NCBI GenBank assembly: GCA_002269645.1
Contig: NIVC01000147.1
Span: forward strand, 1 to 64,000
Source of the DNA: Macrostomum lignano
Taxonomy: Eukaryota
DNA: 64,000 nt
Direction: 5' to 3'
Within the stretch, counting starts at the first letter, position 1. The number at the start of each line of letters is the position of its first letter. The notes beneath the pieces were generated by a model. It made no database searches and was not told where the DNA came from. It saw only the letters and a list, made by a program, of their open reading frames with translations. The translations under genes and the position numbers were made by a program. Positions 50,115-63,955 of the stretch are shown here, in pieces.

Positions 50115-50750
50115 TTGACTTGACTTGACTTAGCTGCAGGGCTGTCCCGGAGGGGACACAGCGGGAAGGCGCGGGCGCCCATTCCGCTAGTCCCTGAACG
50201 GCCGACGCGTCGCTATGGACGGAGGGTTGGCGCCGCCCAGGGAGGTCCCCCAGTGTCGCCAGCAGCTATGGTGCTCTCTGGAAAGGAGAGTTCAGCCCTG
50301 CGTGTGGCCCGAAGGTAGCGCATGAGCTGATTAAAGTTTTCGGGTTTGCACGCTTCAGTAATAGATGTGTGTGGCCCGAGGTAAGTGAGTCTGGCCCGCG
50401 TGAAGGCGGGACAGATGCTGACGAAATGCTCAGCGGTTTCGTCACCTGAGTTGCAGAAACTACAGGTGGCGTTGGTGGCGTTGCCCTGCAGGTACTGGTG
50501 CCTGGAGAAGCAGCCGTGACCAGAGAGGGTCATGGTGGCAGCCCGGATGTCTCTGCGCGAGAGGCGCAAGAGGAGCTTCCGGAGCTGGTGAGAGGGCTGA
50601 GGGACAGCGCCTCTGGATTGCCTGCAGTTCGTGCGGTTCGCCCAAGTCGAGCGGTGCTGAGTCCTGATCCACGCTTTGATGCGCGAGTCGATGACACAGC
50701 CAGGAATCGGGACAAGAGGTTCGGGGCCGAGAGAGGAGCCTTCTTCGATC
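50115..50750 (-). mobile_element. 3' end of an RNase H-type LINE (I/R1/LOA group) with an (AAGTC)n tail
   Basis: GPEP..IKAWIRTQHRSTW..CRQS..LLRLSRRDIR..SGHG..CSFCNSGDETAEHFVSICP (C-terminal CCHC), GC-rich 3'UTR, tail AAGTCAAGTCAAGTCAA at 50115-50131. Confidence 0.8.
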
Positions 50751-50978
50751 TAAGCAGGTCGAAGAAGCCGCACAGCAGCAAGGCGCGGCCCTGAAGCTGC
50801 GCTGGACTGAGTGGCTTCCCTAAAGATGAGTTCATGCGGACGGTGACGCTGCACCGGACGTGAAAGAAAAGCAAAAGAACAGGCAAATTTCAGAAAAGTT
50901 CAGCAGGAGGCCTTTGTGAGTATGGAGTCTGGATACCAGGTCACTAAACACTTGGAAAGTACCGCGGGGACGTGAAAT

Positions 50979-51684
50979 GCTAAGGATCAGATGAAGCTAC
51001 AACTGGCTAAGGATCAGATGAAGCTACAGCTGGCTAAGGATCAGATGAAGCTACTGCTGGCTAAGGATCAGATGAAGCTACAGCTGGCTAAGGATCAGAT
51101 GAAGCTACTGCTTGCTAAGGATCAGATGCAGCTACTGCTGGCTAAGGATCAGATGAAGCTACAGCTGGCTAAGGATCAGATGCAGCTACAGCTGGCTAAG
51201 GATCAGATGAAGCTACAGCTGGCTAAAGATCAGATGAAGCTACAGCTGGCTAAGGATCAGATGAAGCTACAGCTGGCTAAGGATCAGATGCAGCTACAAC
51301 TGGCTAAGGATCAGATGCAGCTACTGCTGGCTAAGGATCAGATGAAGCTACAGCTGGCTAAGGATCAGATGAAGCTACTTCTGGCTAAGGATCAGATGAA
51401 GCTACAGCTGGCTAAGGATCAGATGAAGCTACAGCTGGCTAAGGATCAGATGAAGCTACAGCTGGCTAAGGATCAGATGAAGCTACAGCTGGCTAAGGAT
51501 CCGATGAAGCTACAACTGGCTAAGGATCAGATGAAGCTACAGCTGGCTAAGGATCAAATGAAGCTACTGCTGGCTAAGGATCAGATGCAGCTACTGCTGG
51601 CTAAGGATCAGATGAAGCTACAGCTGGCTAAGGATCAGATGAAGCTACTGCTGGCTAAGGATCAGATGAAGCTACAGCTGGCTG
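50979..51684 (+). repeat. 27-bp minisatellite (GCTAAGGATCAGATGAAGCTACAGCTG), open as (MKLQLAKDQ)n in ORF 50991..51737
   Basis: About 26 units, stop-free in the + frame. Confidence 0.9.
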
Positions 51685-52536
51685 GGATCAGTGCTGCTCT
51701 GGGTTTATTTTCTCACTCCGCCTTGGGTAATGATTGAACAATGCATTGTTGAAGTGAAAAAAAGTTTTATTGCCAATGCTTTGAGATTAAACCTGCCACC
51801 ACATACTGAACTCGTGTTGACTCAGTCATATTTACCCAGCTCTGTAAAAGTTCACTGTTGTCTCTCAATGCAGCAGCACCAGCTGCCCGTGGTCGCCAGG
51901 GGTTAGTGAAATGAGCTGCAACGCCTCGCTGCATCCGGATGTCCGGAGCCCCCAGCAGCTAAGTCAAGTAATTCTCTCAATGCGTGTTTTCTGTTGTCTT
52001 CTGGATGTGGCTGTGCTGCACGTGATTAGTGATGGATGCAGGCTCTGCTTCAGGGTTTTTTTAGTCAGAGGCAGGAGGCTGTGTGCACCCTGCATGGCAC
52101 ACTTTAAGCGACATTGCCACACAACCGGCGAGAGGCATTGCTGCCCATTCTGCCGACTCCAGTCATGCTCAGACGCAGTCATACGCACAGGCACGCACTC
52201 ACACAGTAGTGTACAGCGCCTCTAACTTCACTGTGCCTTGGGGGTTGGCCCTCAAGGGCATTAATTGCACGAGCACAGCCAAGCCGAGATTCCAATTTTA
52301 GCCCCAAATACCGGTAAATGACTGTACTTGAAATCAAGTCTGGGCCGATGGCGCATCAAGCCGTTTGCAGCTGGCCGCTAGTCCCGGCAATAGTCGGGAG
52401 ACAGAATTCCCACTCGAAGGGCCAGTTGTCTCATCTCGCTAATTGTATTTAAAAGCAAATCGGCCATCAAAGCGAGTCAAGTGTCAATTACTTTTGCTTT
52501 TAAGCGCCGGCATTTGTGCAATTGCTGACTTGGAAA

Positions 52537-52797
52537 TCAGCCGGGGTACGCGGCCGGCCCGTACTGCTGCAAGTAGCGCCGTCGCAGGCGCAGCTGAACC
52601 GCACCTCCGCCTAGAAGGCCACCGTTGATCCGCTTCTCCTCATCCTCCCAGGAGTCGTCGTCGTCAACTTCTTCAGCGTCGCCGTCGTTGTCGTCGTTCT
52701 CGACGTCCTCGACAGAGACGGCTAGCCGCAGAGCAGACAGGTGCAACAGGAGCAGCAGTGGGAGCAGAGCTTGGCAGAACCGTGAGCTCATCTCCAT
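52537..52797 (-). CDS. Candidate secreted prepropeptide, 86 aa
   Basis: Hydrophobic signal-like N-terminus (FCQALLPLLLLLHLSALRLAVS), acidic spacer, KR and RRR cleavage sites, C-terminal Gly. Confidence 0.6.
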   Translation of the reverse strand: MEMSSRFCQALLPLLLLLHLSALRLAVSVEDVENDDNDGDAEEVDDDDSWEDEEKRINGGLLGGGAVQLRLRRRYLQQYGPAAYPG

Positions 52798-52857
52798 TCG
52801 CAAATGCCGAATCGCTTGGAGATGTGAGAGCGGCGCAGCTCTTTATTTTGCTTGCTG

Positions 52858-52893
<36 letters not shown>

Positions 52894-53269
52894 GACGGCT
52901 GGATGGCGAGTGCTCAACTTGGACTCAGCTCACGCAGAGTCGCATGGATGTACACTTGGTCTTTTCTTTTTGCGTTTTGTAACTGTCCAGCATTATTCTC
53001 TCACTTGAGAAGGCCAATGTTAGTTCAGATTTGAGAGTCGGAAAAGATGTGAGATTAGGGCAGTTTTGAGCTGTTTGGTGTGCAAACATTCGTTTGGTTA
53101 GAGATTCACATCTACCTGGCACTGGCTGTGTGCTGTAACTGTCTGTCACCTTATATTTACCTGGAGAAGAGGTGGAAATTAATGTACATGGTTTGAATAT
53201 ATAAATGTGTGGATAAATCTGATTTCCTCATCATGTTGCACCATTCCAGTAACGTTTGGGCAGATAAAG

Positions 53270-53570
53270 CTGTGGGTAGAGTCAGGCAGATCAAGCGGGT
53301 ACAGTCAGAATTCTCAACCCGCACGGAACAATTTGTATCCTTGAGCAGCAAGACACTTAACTCTGCATTGCTCCAGTTCACCCAGCTGTAAAATGGGTGC
53401 CAGCATTAGCTGGGGTAATTGAGGGCGTGTGTGGCGACCCCCAGACCTTGGACTGAACAGCCGTACGCAGCCTTCAGATGCGCCGCGCAATAGCTGCGGC
53501 TGAGCTGTCGGTTGCACATCTGCCCACTAGGGCAGTTGTAATCAATTATTATTATCATTATTATTATTAG
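53270..53570 (+). mobile_element. tRNA-derived SINE with CORE-like central domain and (ATT)n tail
   Basis: CCTTGAGC..AAGACACTTAAC..CAGCTGTAAAATGGG; second copy at 59497..59790 in opposite orientation. Confidence 0.7.
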
Positions 53571-53874
53571 TGAGCAAAAAGAGATCATTTGATTAGCTTA
53601 AATTTGCAGCTAGCATTGGCTCAGCCATGCTGCCAGTCCAGATGTCTAACTTGTAATGTCCCTGAACGTCCCTTCTCCGACAAGCCCCCTCTCTCGATGC
53701 CTCGTATTCTCCTGAGCTATAAGACCAGTTAGATAACAGATTCCGTCTTGCCGTTTTGGTTCCGGGTTCGGCAAACTTTACCTCAAGGGCCAGGGTAAAG
53801 AATCCAGATCGTGGCTGCGGGCGAGATGAGAGATGAGAGGAGAGGGGAGAGCCGAGATAGGAAATGAGAGGGAA

Positions 53875-54275
53875 AATGAGATAAGAGCTAGGAAGAGATA
53901 AGAGAAGAGAAAGAAAATGAGATGAGAGCTAGGATGGGATAAGAGAAGAGAAAGAAAATGAGATGAGAGCTAGGATGAGATAAGAGAAGAGAAAGAAAAT
54001 GAGATGAGAGCTAGGATGAGATAAGAGAAGAGAAAGAAAATGAGATGAGAGCTTGGATGAGATAAGAGAAGAGAAGAAAATGAGATGAGAGCTAGGACGA
54101 GATAAGTGAAGAGAAAGAAAATGGGATAAGAAGAGAGCCAGGAAGAGATAAGAGAAGAGAAAGAAAATGAGATGAGAGCTAGGAAGAGATAAGAGAAGAG
54201 AAAGAAAATGAGATGAGAGCTAGGATGAGATAAGAGAAGAGAAAGAAGATGAGATGAGAGCTAGGATGAGATAGG
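53875..54275. repeat. 41-bp purine-rich minisatellite
   Basis: GAGATGAGAGCTAGGATGAGATAAGAGAAGAGAAAGAAAAT, about 10 units. Confidence 0.9.
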
Positions 54276-54491
54276 AGATTATTTAATTTGATGATAGTTT
54301 TATGAAGAGGACGCACATTTTTTCAATCTTAAAACCGCACATTTAGCTTCGATGCGCCTCTTCCCCTACTATCAGTAGGCTAGCCTAGGATTTTCTCTCT
54401 ATTCTCTCACCTAGGCCGAGTCCTATGCTATCTTATGACATTACTCAGGGACTACTCAAACATGTTTGAGTAGTCCCTGACATTGCTATGC

Positions 54492-55379
54492 ACTTTTGGT
54501 GACAATAACACGCGCGTGGGATGCGTGTTAATGTCATTTCGGACATTAACACGCAACGGCAATTTAAACAATAACAAAGGGTAAATTTTATTTTTTATGT
54601 TAGAAAAACATCAAAAACTGTTCAACAAAGAAATCGTATGTTAATCATTTAATACCAGGCCTACACAGAAACGTCACTCAAAAAGAATATCGATCAGATT
54701 GCGACTGCCACCAATGGTCACTTTCATCTTCTTTGACGGAGCAGCCTGCACACGTAGTGCGCCGTCGGTCTGGACAGGCTCTTGATAAACGTCCGCACAT
54801 TCCTCCATCGTAGCCTCGCTTATTGTGATTGGATTTTGGACGAGCTAGCTTAACGATCTTTCACTTTCGCCCAGTGATGAGCAAGATCTCCTGGATAGTC
54901 TGGCCACAGGCATCCAGGTGGCACGCTTTTGGTGCTTTTGGTGACTTTTGGTGACAATAACACGCGCGTGGGATGCGTGTTAATGTCATTTTGGACATTA
55001 ACACGCAACGGCAATTTAAACAATAACAAAGGGTAAATTTTATTTTTTATGTTAGAAAAACATCAAAAACTGTTCAACAAAGAAATCGTATGTTAATCAT
55101 TTAATACCAGGCCTACACAGAAACGTCACTCAAAAAGAATATCGATCAGATTGCGACTGCCACCAATGGTCACTTTCATCTTCTTTGACGGAGCAGCCTG
55201 CACACGTAGTGCGCCGTCGGTCTGGACAGGCTCTTGATAAACGTCCGCACATTCCTCCATCGTAGCCTCGCTTATTGTGATTGGATTTTGGACGAGCTAG
55301 CTTAACGATCTTTCACTTTCGCCCAGTGATGAGCAAGATCTCCTGGATAGTCTGGCCACAGGCATCCAGGTGGCACGCT
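54492..55379. repeat. Near-perfect tandem duplication, 452-bp period (54492..54927 and 54944..55379)
   Basis: Copies read identical apart from CGG/TGG at GTCATTT(C/T)GGAC. Confidence 0.92.
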
Positions 55380-56116
55380 CTAGTTACTCTGCAGTTTAAG
55401 AAAAGTTGGCAACTGATTTGTCTAGATTCAAATGTGTTCACAGAGACACATGAATATGGTGGGCAAAAGTACAGGTCAAACTACCTACCATATGCAGCGG
55501 TCGGTGTACACCTTAGTAAGGCCTGCTTTCTCACTGACGTTCTTCATAAACTCAAGAAGATAGCGAAAGCCTCTAGCAGCCTTTCTCAGAGAATCTATAG
55601 CGGTTCGCTGCATCTCGACTGTCTAATGACCTTGGGCATGATCGAATGACGTGCAGATCAAGTCGAATTCGCCGGATGTTACTCCTGAAATCTCACCATT
55701 CGGCATAGCTCCGTAGTTAAATAGAGGAGGCAGAACTTCTGCCACTGTAGTTGGCTCTGCGTCAGCCATGGCGATTTCGTTTGCGTAAATGAAAGATGCA
55801 AGCAATCAAATCTGCTGTCTTTCTACTCAGCTCTCTTAAACCTTCTGTCTCCCTCTTTATGGGATCAAAAAACTACAGTGCATATTAATGTCGATGTGGG
55901 CCATAGACTAAAATTTATTTAAATTTCATTGTAGAAAGTGGGGGCTTTGCCCCAACACCCCCATTCTCACTCTCCCCCTCCTCGACTCCTTCCGGCGCCA
56001 ACTAATTAAAAATAAATCGATTTTTGTGTGCCAAACTCGTGGCAGAAGTTCTGTTTAATACTAAAAGTAGCTATTCGCTCCGACTCAACCTAAGGCGTTT
56101 AGGATTGTGATTTATA

Positions 56117-58266
56117 CTGTCTAACAAAAGTTCTTGTACGGTTGCTTCTGTTGCCTCTGGTATCCATAATTTCCATCCGTTTCAAATGAAAATTAGTGCA
56201 AATGAAAGCTGGGAATCTCTGCAACATTTTCTGTTTCACCGTATTTTTTTATTCTGGAGTGGCTCGGAACAGCTTGCCGTTTAGCACAGACAGATCGAAT
56301 AAAAAAAGTGACAGAATGACATAGAGCAAGCAGTCTATGGCCAACTTAGCTGTCTAGGCCTTATTTTTTCGTCACTAAATGTCTAGAAAACCACTTAATC
56401 GATCTTTTCCTTGTTGTCTCGCTATTAATTAAGGTAAAATGCGTCCTCTCGAAGCGAAACAATTCTCCAACGAATTTCTTGGCTCACAACAGGCATGTCT
56501 CTCAGAAAGGACAAGTTAAGTCATGGAACTTTGCGAGGAACCACAGGGTTATACAGTGTGCGACAGTTTAGGCCATAGACATGTCGCCTGGGTGAAGAAG
56601 TAAAGCAAACCCCACACACAGAGCGATCGATCGACAGAAGGCTTCCTAGACACTGTGGAGTTTGTCAACGCGTAAAGAAAGTTGGCCATGCCATAAAGAA
56701 ATTGCCTGCCATAAAATGCACAATTGGCATTATATCCTGGCCCATAGTACATAAACAATGTCTTAAATTAACTGATAGTATGTAATTCATGATGGCATTG
56801 CCATAGACAAATAAAAAAATAAGAAGCTAGACCTAATATAGTAGGGATAAAAATATCATAGGAGCCTAAAAATCTGGCTTTATTTAGGCCATTTTAGACT
56901 TTTCAAATCACAGGATTTATGACCTAAGCTAGATATCATTCCTACAGTTAAGTTATGGTAACTCCTATTGCAATCCTATACTTTTCAACATTTTATCATG
57001 AAAATATGCTTTTTGTAGATAAATTGTTTAGTAAAATTTCCATTTAAGAATCTTGAGCTAAGTCCAGGATTTGGGACGCGACAAGAAATTCTTCTCCTCG
57101 GATTTATTCACTTTTAACTCCTAGATAACTATTTGATGGCCATTCTGAAAATAGCTGGTGAATTGCCATCGTAATATGTCTAATTATCATTAATGAAAAC
57201 ATATTTCATACGCCTATTCATAAATTGTAAGCAAATCTTCATTAAACCCAAAAAAGCAAGTTTACATTGCATTACAGTGTAGCTATAGTTCAATTAGTTA
57301 CGGCTTAACTGTAATACTAAGTATGTCTCTGGAATTTTTGCCGAAACATCTAAATGCTTCCAAAGAACGTGTAATAAAAATAATAACTAAGAAGCTAAAT
57401 GAATTGCCACGTTAAAAAGAGCTAGACACTGTTTACAATTGACTTGACCTGCACGGGAGCAATATATTCAAATGAATGGCAAAAAATGAGCAATAATTAC
57501 GCCTTAAGTAAATTCTAAAGCAGTTAATTATTTATTTATATTTTTACTAACGAAGCTATGTTCTTTTATCTGGTAAATTACTCATATATATAATTGTTAA
57601 AATCCAGTACTTCGAATTTTCCGTACCTATAACGCATGCACTTCATGGTCGTCTCGAAGGAGAATAAATCCATAAAAGTCAAATCACCTACTCAACGAGG
57701 AAACTAATTCAGTAAAAACACAATTAGTATGTGTAAAAAGCACATTACACCACTTTGGTGGATCAAAAGTGCTGTATGATTGCGTTGTTTTTGTTTATTG
57801 CAAAAGAGTCACTTTTTCAGTGTAAATTATTCATCTATATTTATGCGGGGTTTTTTTTAATCATATTGAATTCATTAGCGTAGGTAAATTCTGCTTAATT
57901 GATTAAAACTTTTAATCGGTTAACGGCGCGGCACCCCGAGGTTCTACCGAGTTCGGGCCGACGTCGGCTGGCCGACTTTAGTATGGCCGATCGAATGCCG
58001 AGTGGCCGACGTCGGCCCGAGCTCGGACCGAGCTCGGCTTTGCCACTGGGTGCTTGCTCTATGTCATTCTGTCACTTTTTTTATTCGATCTGTCTGTGCT
58101 AAACGGCAAGCTGTTCCGAGCCACTCCAGAATAAAAAAATACGGTGAAACAGAAAATGTTGCAGAGATTCCTAGCTTTCATTTGCACTAATTTTCATTTG
58201 AAACGGATGGAAATTATGGATACCAGAGGCAACAGAAGCAACCGTACAAGAACTTTTGTTAGACAG
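56117..58266. mobile_element. Non-autonomous DNA transposon, approx. 215-bp TIRs (CTGTCTAACAAAAG...), TA or TATA target duplication
   Basis: 56117-56331 is the reverse complement of 58052-58266 with about 1 mismatch; TATA on both flanks. Confidence 0.8.
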
Positions 58267-59496
58267 TATAAGTGAGAAAGTTTAACCTGTAAGTTAAATA
58301 ATTAACGTTTTTTTTTCTTTTTCGCAATGCCAACTGAGATGAGTGGCTAGACCTAGAGGCAGGGGTCACAGTGAACCGGAAGCGACACAGTTCCCAGTCA
58401 ATCAGTCGATCTAAGCAATCATGATAAACATGCAAACTAAGTGCCAGACCGGTGCTTTCGCGCAGTCTCAGGCAGCTAAGCGGCTAAAACGAGTTAATTG
58501 TTAGGCTAAGGGTCTCCAAAGGTGACAATACACCAACATCATCGCTATTGTCGATGTGTTAACACATTTAGTGCCAAAGGCGTGCAGTTACGTGTACTTG
58601 TACATGTACTTCTGGGAATTTGGTAATGAGGTAGTACATTTGGCAGTGTATAAAGGCTCGCCAGCGCAAGAACCCCCTGCAAAAGTCCTCTCTGTCCCTG
58701 CATGGCCAATGCGATCTTAGTCCCAGCAGCGTCCCTTCTATTCGGCTATGACTTCGAGATAGACAGCTAAAAGACACTAGGTGGCAGGTAAGTGCAGTGC
58801 CCCTCTAGTCGGAAGTCCGATTTCAATAGCTCCGGTTTGGTCAGCCGGGGCGCACGGACTGGTGGCAGCGGGTTAGTTAATCGGTGGATTAGCTAATCTC
58901 TACCTTTCAAACTCTCCCTGCTTGTCTCTCGCTGTCTTCTCTTAGCTATAGGACCTAGCTGCTCGCCCACAATCTAGCTACCATGGGGCTGACCATCTGA
59001 CAGAAGTGAGAGGTCGAGTTCTAAGAGATTCATTTCTGAGTTCTCAGGCCCGAAGCTACAGGCTTAAAAGGCCGAACCCATAATTTAATAAAATAATAAG
59101 CTACTGAATATCAAGAGATTCTTGGGTTTTGAAAAGTTAAAAATCAAATTTTCTTGATGACAGAAAGGTTCAAGAATTACAAAATGGAAGAAAGCTTGGA
59201 CCAGAACCCAGCACTGCAAGTTTGACAAAAGGATGAGAGTAAGAGCCAACAGAGGGCTTCCCATTGGCTGCAGATTGGCTCTCCAGCTTAAACTCTTCCA
59301 CCTGCTACCTGCATTTGTACGCTAGTGTATATTATTTTCCATCTATAATCCTGTTTATTAGCTTCAATATTTTGCCAGTTCTGAGACACCAAACTTTACA
59401 GCCCTATCGTTTCTATTGAAAAGCTTGCATGGCCGTAGCGGTGAGTTGTCGCACATTGTTTTGAGGTCTGACTGCGTAGTCCATAATTACGAGCAA

Positions 59497-59790
59497 ATAT
59501 AATTAATATAATTAATTAATCTCAATGGGCAGATGTGCAACCGACAGCTCAGCCGCAGCTATTGCACGGCGCATCTGAAGGCTGCGTACGGCTGTTCATT
59601 CCAAGGACTGGGGGGTCGCCACACACACCCTCAATTACCCCAGCTAATGCTGGCACCCATATAAAAGCTGAGTGAACTGAAGCAATGCAGAGTTGGGTGT
59701 CTTGCTCAATGGCACAGTTTGTTCCGAGTTAGGTCGAGAATCGAACCCCTGACTGACCTTTCAGTTTCTAGTGTGGTCAACTAAGTAGTA
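59497..59790 (-). mobile_element. Second SINE copy with B-box GGTTCGATTC
   Basis: Reverse-complement match to 53270..53570; AT-rich tail at 59497-59520. Confidence 0.75.
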
Positions 59791-60101
59791 TATATTAGAT
59801 GGAAGGGGCGCAAAACTCGGTTCTAGTTATTTTCTAGTTTTTTGCTTCCTTTCCGCTTTCTACTGCGTTCAGTTTGGTGCATTGCACAGAGTCTAGCAGA
59901 GTTCCATTCACCATAGAGAGAAAACTGAAATCACCAGGCAATTCGTTTTTTTCGATGTTCGGGCATCAGGGTCGAAACTTCATAGCTCAGTGCTGAAGCA
60001 TACAAGAAACTGCAAATTTCTATGGGGATGGCCATTCTTTCTCCTCGTTGTTCAGTTTAGAACCGTAGACAAATTTTCATGGTCTTAATTTATAGGCTTA
60101 G

Positions 60102-61651
<1,550 letters not shown>

Positions 61652-62100
61652 CAGACAACTCATTTTTTTGTATATACGAAGATTCACCGTAATAGGAAAG
61701 AGAATTTCTAGAATTAATTTTAATTTCTAAAAAGTTTTTTTCCTACCGCTTTATAAACATGCTCAACTATGCGCCTGGAGAAATGGCTTCCGCTACGTCG
61801 ACCGAAGAGCTGGCCTGGATTTCTCGACATTCCAGACAGACGTATCTTTTTTTAAGCTACATTGTATGCGTCTGTGTTTCTGTGTTGCCTAACTCAGAGT
61901 AGAGGAGAGGAGAGGAGAGGCGAGGAGAGGAGAGGAGAGTACTATTTAAGGCTAGCTGGTTAAATTATTTTCGATCTAATGGCTTTTCTCAAGGGACCAG
62001 AAAAAGTAATGAGCAGCAAATCAGAATAATTCTGACACGGCTCTTACCTGTAAATCTAAGTAAAAGCATCGTTTTTCCTACTCAGTGTTGGCTCCGCGGC

Positions 62101-63466
62101 ATGGGAAAGCCACCACGACGAGTCATAGCGACCGCCGGGTTTGCACTGCTGCTACTGCTGCTCTGTACCTGGTCTTTGAGTGACATTAAAGACAAGGCGA
62201 CAATCAACAAAAACTTTTTCAAGGACCCGGTCGATTTGGAGTCCATCGGGCACTTCGTGTACAGCGCCTACTTCGACACCAGACCGACGCTCAATGGTCG
62301 CAAGTACGTCCGCGTGATCACTGTGCTCGATACGAAGGCCTACGAGAAGGAGCTCATCTGCCAGTTCATGCACCAGTCCGGTCACCTCTCCTTCAGCACA
62401 GTCGCCAAGAGGTCTGCTATCGGCGCTGGCATGGGTCACAAGCAGCACTATTACAAGGAGTTCGTGCTGTCTTGCCCCGTCGCAGATGACCTCCGCTTTG
62501 CTGCCTTCGTCTTCATTCAAACTGGCGACGCCTCTCTGAGATCGCAGGTGATGCGAGTGAGACACAACCCTCTGTCTCTGGGTCAGAGTCCAAACAACCC
62601 TCGTCAGATCATCAACTGCGTGTCGGTGACCTTTGGCAAGCCGGATGAGTACAGACTGATCGAGTGGCTCGAGGCTCAGAGACTGCTCAAGATGGACAAA
62701 GTGCAGCTGCACTTTTATCACATGACGAACAAAAACTTTGAATCAGTAGCTCAAGCCTACAGTGCAGAAGGATTTGTGAATGTGAGAAAGCTCGGATGTC
62801 GGTTTTGTGAAGCCGGTCAGGAAGAGTGGCTGGGACTGCTGCTGATGTCTCCCGCCATCAACCAGTGCTTCTATGAGGTAATAGACACGTCATGGTGGAC
62901 AGTTTTCAGATTCGTGGCGTCACTCGTCCTTCCTTATCGAATTGCAGAACCTCGGCCGCTACACGTACACGGCGGTGTTCGACCTGGACGAGATCATCGT
63001 GCCACAGCAGCACCCGGACTATCCCACTCTGCTGAGCGCGCTGGAGAAACGAGCGAACTCGAGCTCGTTCGCCTTCAGGAACTGGTACCACTTCAGCGAG
63101 CTCGGAGAGGACTCCTCGGTGGACCCCAGGATGTACATGCTCCGGCACCCGTACAGCACGAAACAGGAGAGCCCGCCTGACTATTCTATCAAGTCGATTC
63201 ACAAATCCTGCTGTGTGGTGGCCTTGCACAACCATTTCAGCTGGGAGGACGTCCCCAAGCCAAACACGAAACGATCCCGCTACAACGCAGAAGTCCAAAT
63301 CGGCGTCAATGAGCACTACAAGCGCTGTCACTTAGATAAGGAAGCTTGCAAGGAGATGACGGATGTCAAGCATAATAAGGACGGCTTCAGACTCCGTCAG
63401 CTGTTGGGCAAGGAGCTTACGGCAGCTTTTCGCGGCAAAGTAAAGCAAATATTTGGCGCAAGTTAA
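62101..63466 (+). CDS. Glycosyltransferase family 92 / DUF23 (galt-1-like) type II membrane protein; exons 62101..62877 and 62948..63466
   Basis: N-terminal TM anchor, FVYSAYFD, EWLEAQRLL..KVQLHFY, AINQCFYE-NLGRYTYTAVFDLDEIIVP (DxD), HNHF; phase-0 GT-AG intron. Confidence 0.88.
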
Positions 63467-63955
63467 GGCTGATGCAGCGTCCTAAGCCAGCACTGTGGAA
63501 TTTAGCAATTTCAAGCGATTTATAGAGCGCATTTGCTCCTGTTCCACGTTGTGTTTGTACCGTTGCAGTGCAAGTGCATCCCTCCCTGAGTCATCCCCAT
63601 GCGTCTCGTCCCCACTTTGATGTCTGCGTGAATTACCCTGTGTGACACACCTCAATGTATGCAAGGTGTGTCTCAGCCAGTTAGCTTAAGCCCTAGTTTT
63701 CTATTTTATCGTTTAACCCTCCGTTAATTATCCCCTTGTTTGTTGTGCGATGATTGGCTGCAGCCAGGCCATCTCTTGCAGTACATTTCTGTAACTCTGC
63801 GCTGTGATTGGCTAATGGGGCTCTGAGCCAGCCTTTCCCCTTGCGTACTGTGGCTAATTTATTTTAGCGCAGCGTCGCTTGCCCCGCCTCTCGCGCGCTC
63901 GGGCTTGAGATACGTCGTATTGTTTCACTACCTAGCTGTACAGCTGGAGCTGCCA

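Noticed and set aside
55380-55805. Protein-like - strand stretch MADAEPTTVAEVLPP...
   Set aside because: In-frame stop after 48 codons and no recognisable family; possibly a relic, but unsupported.
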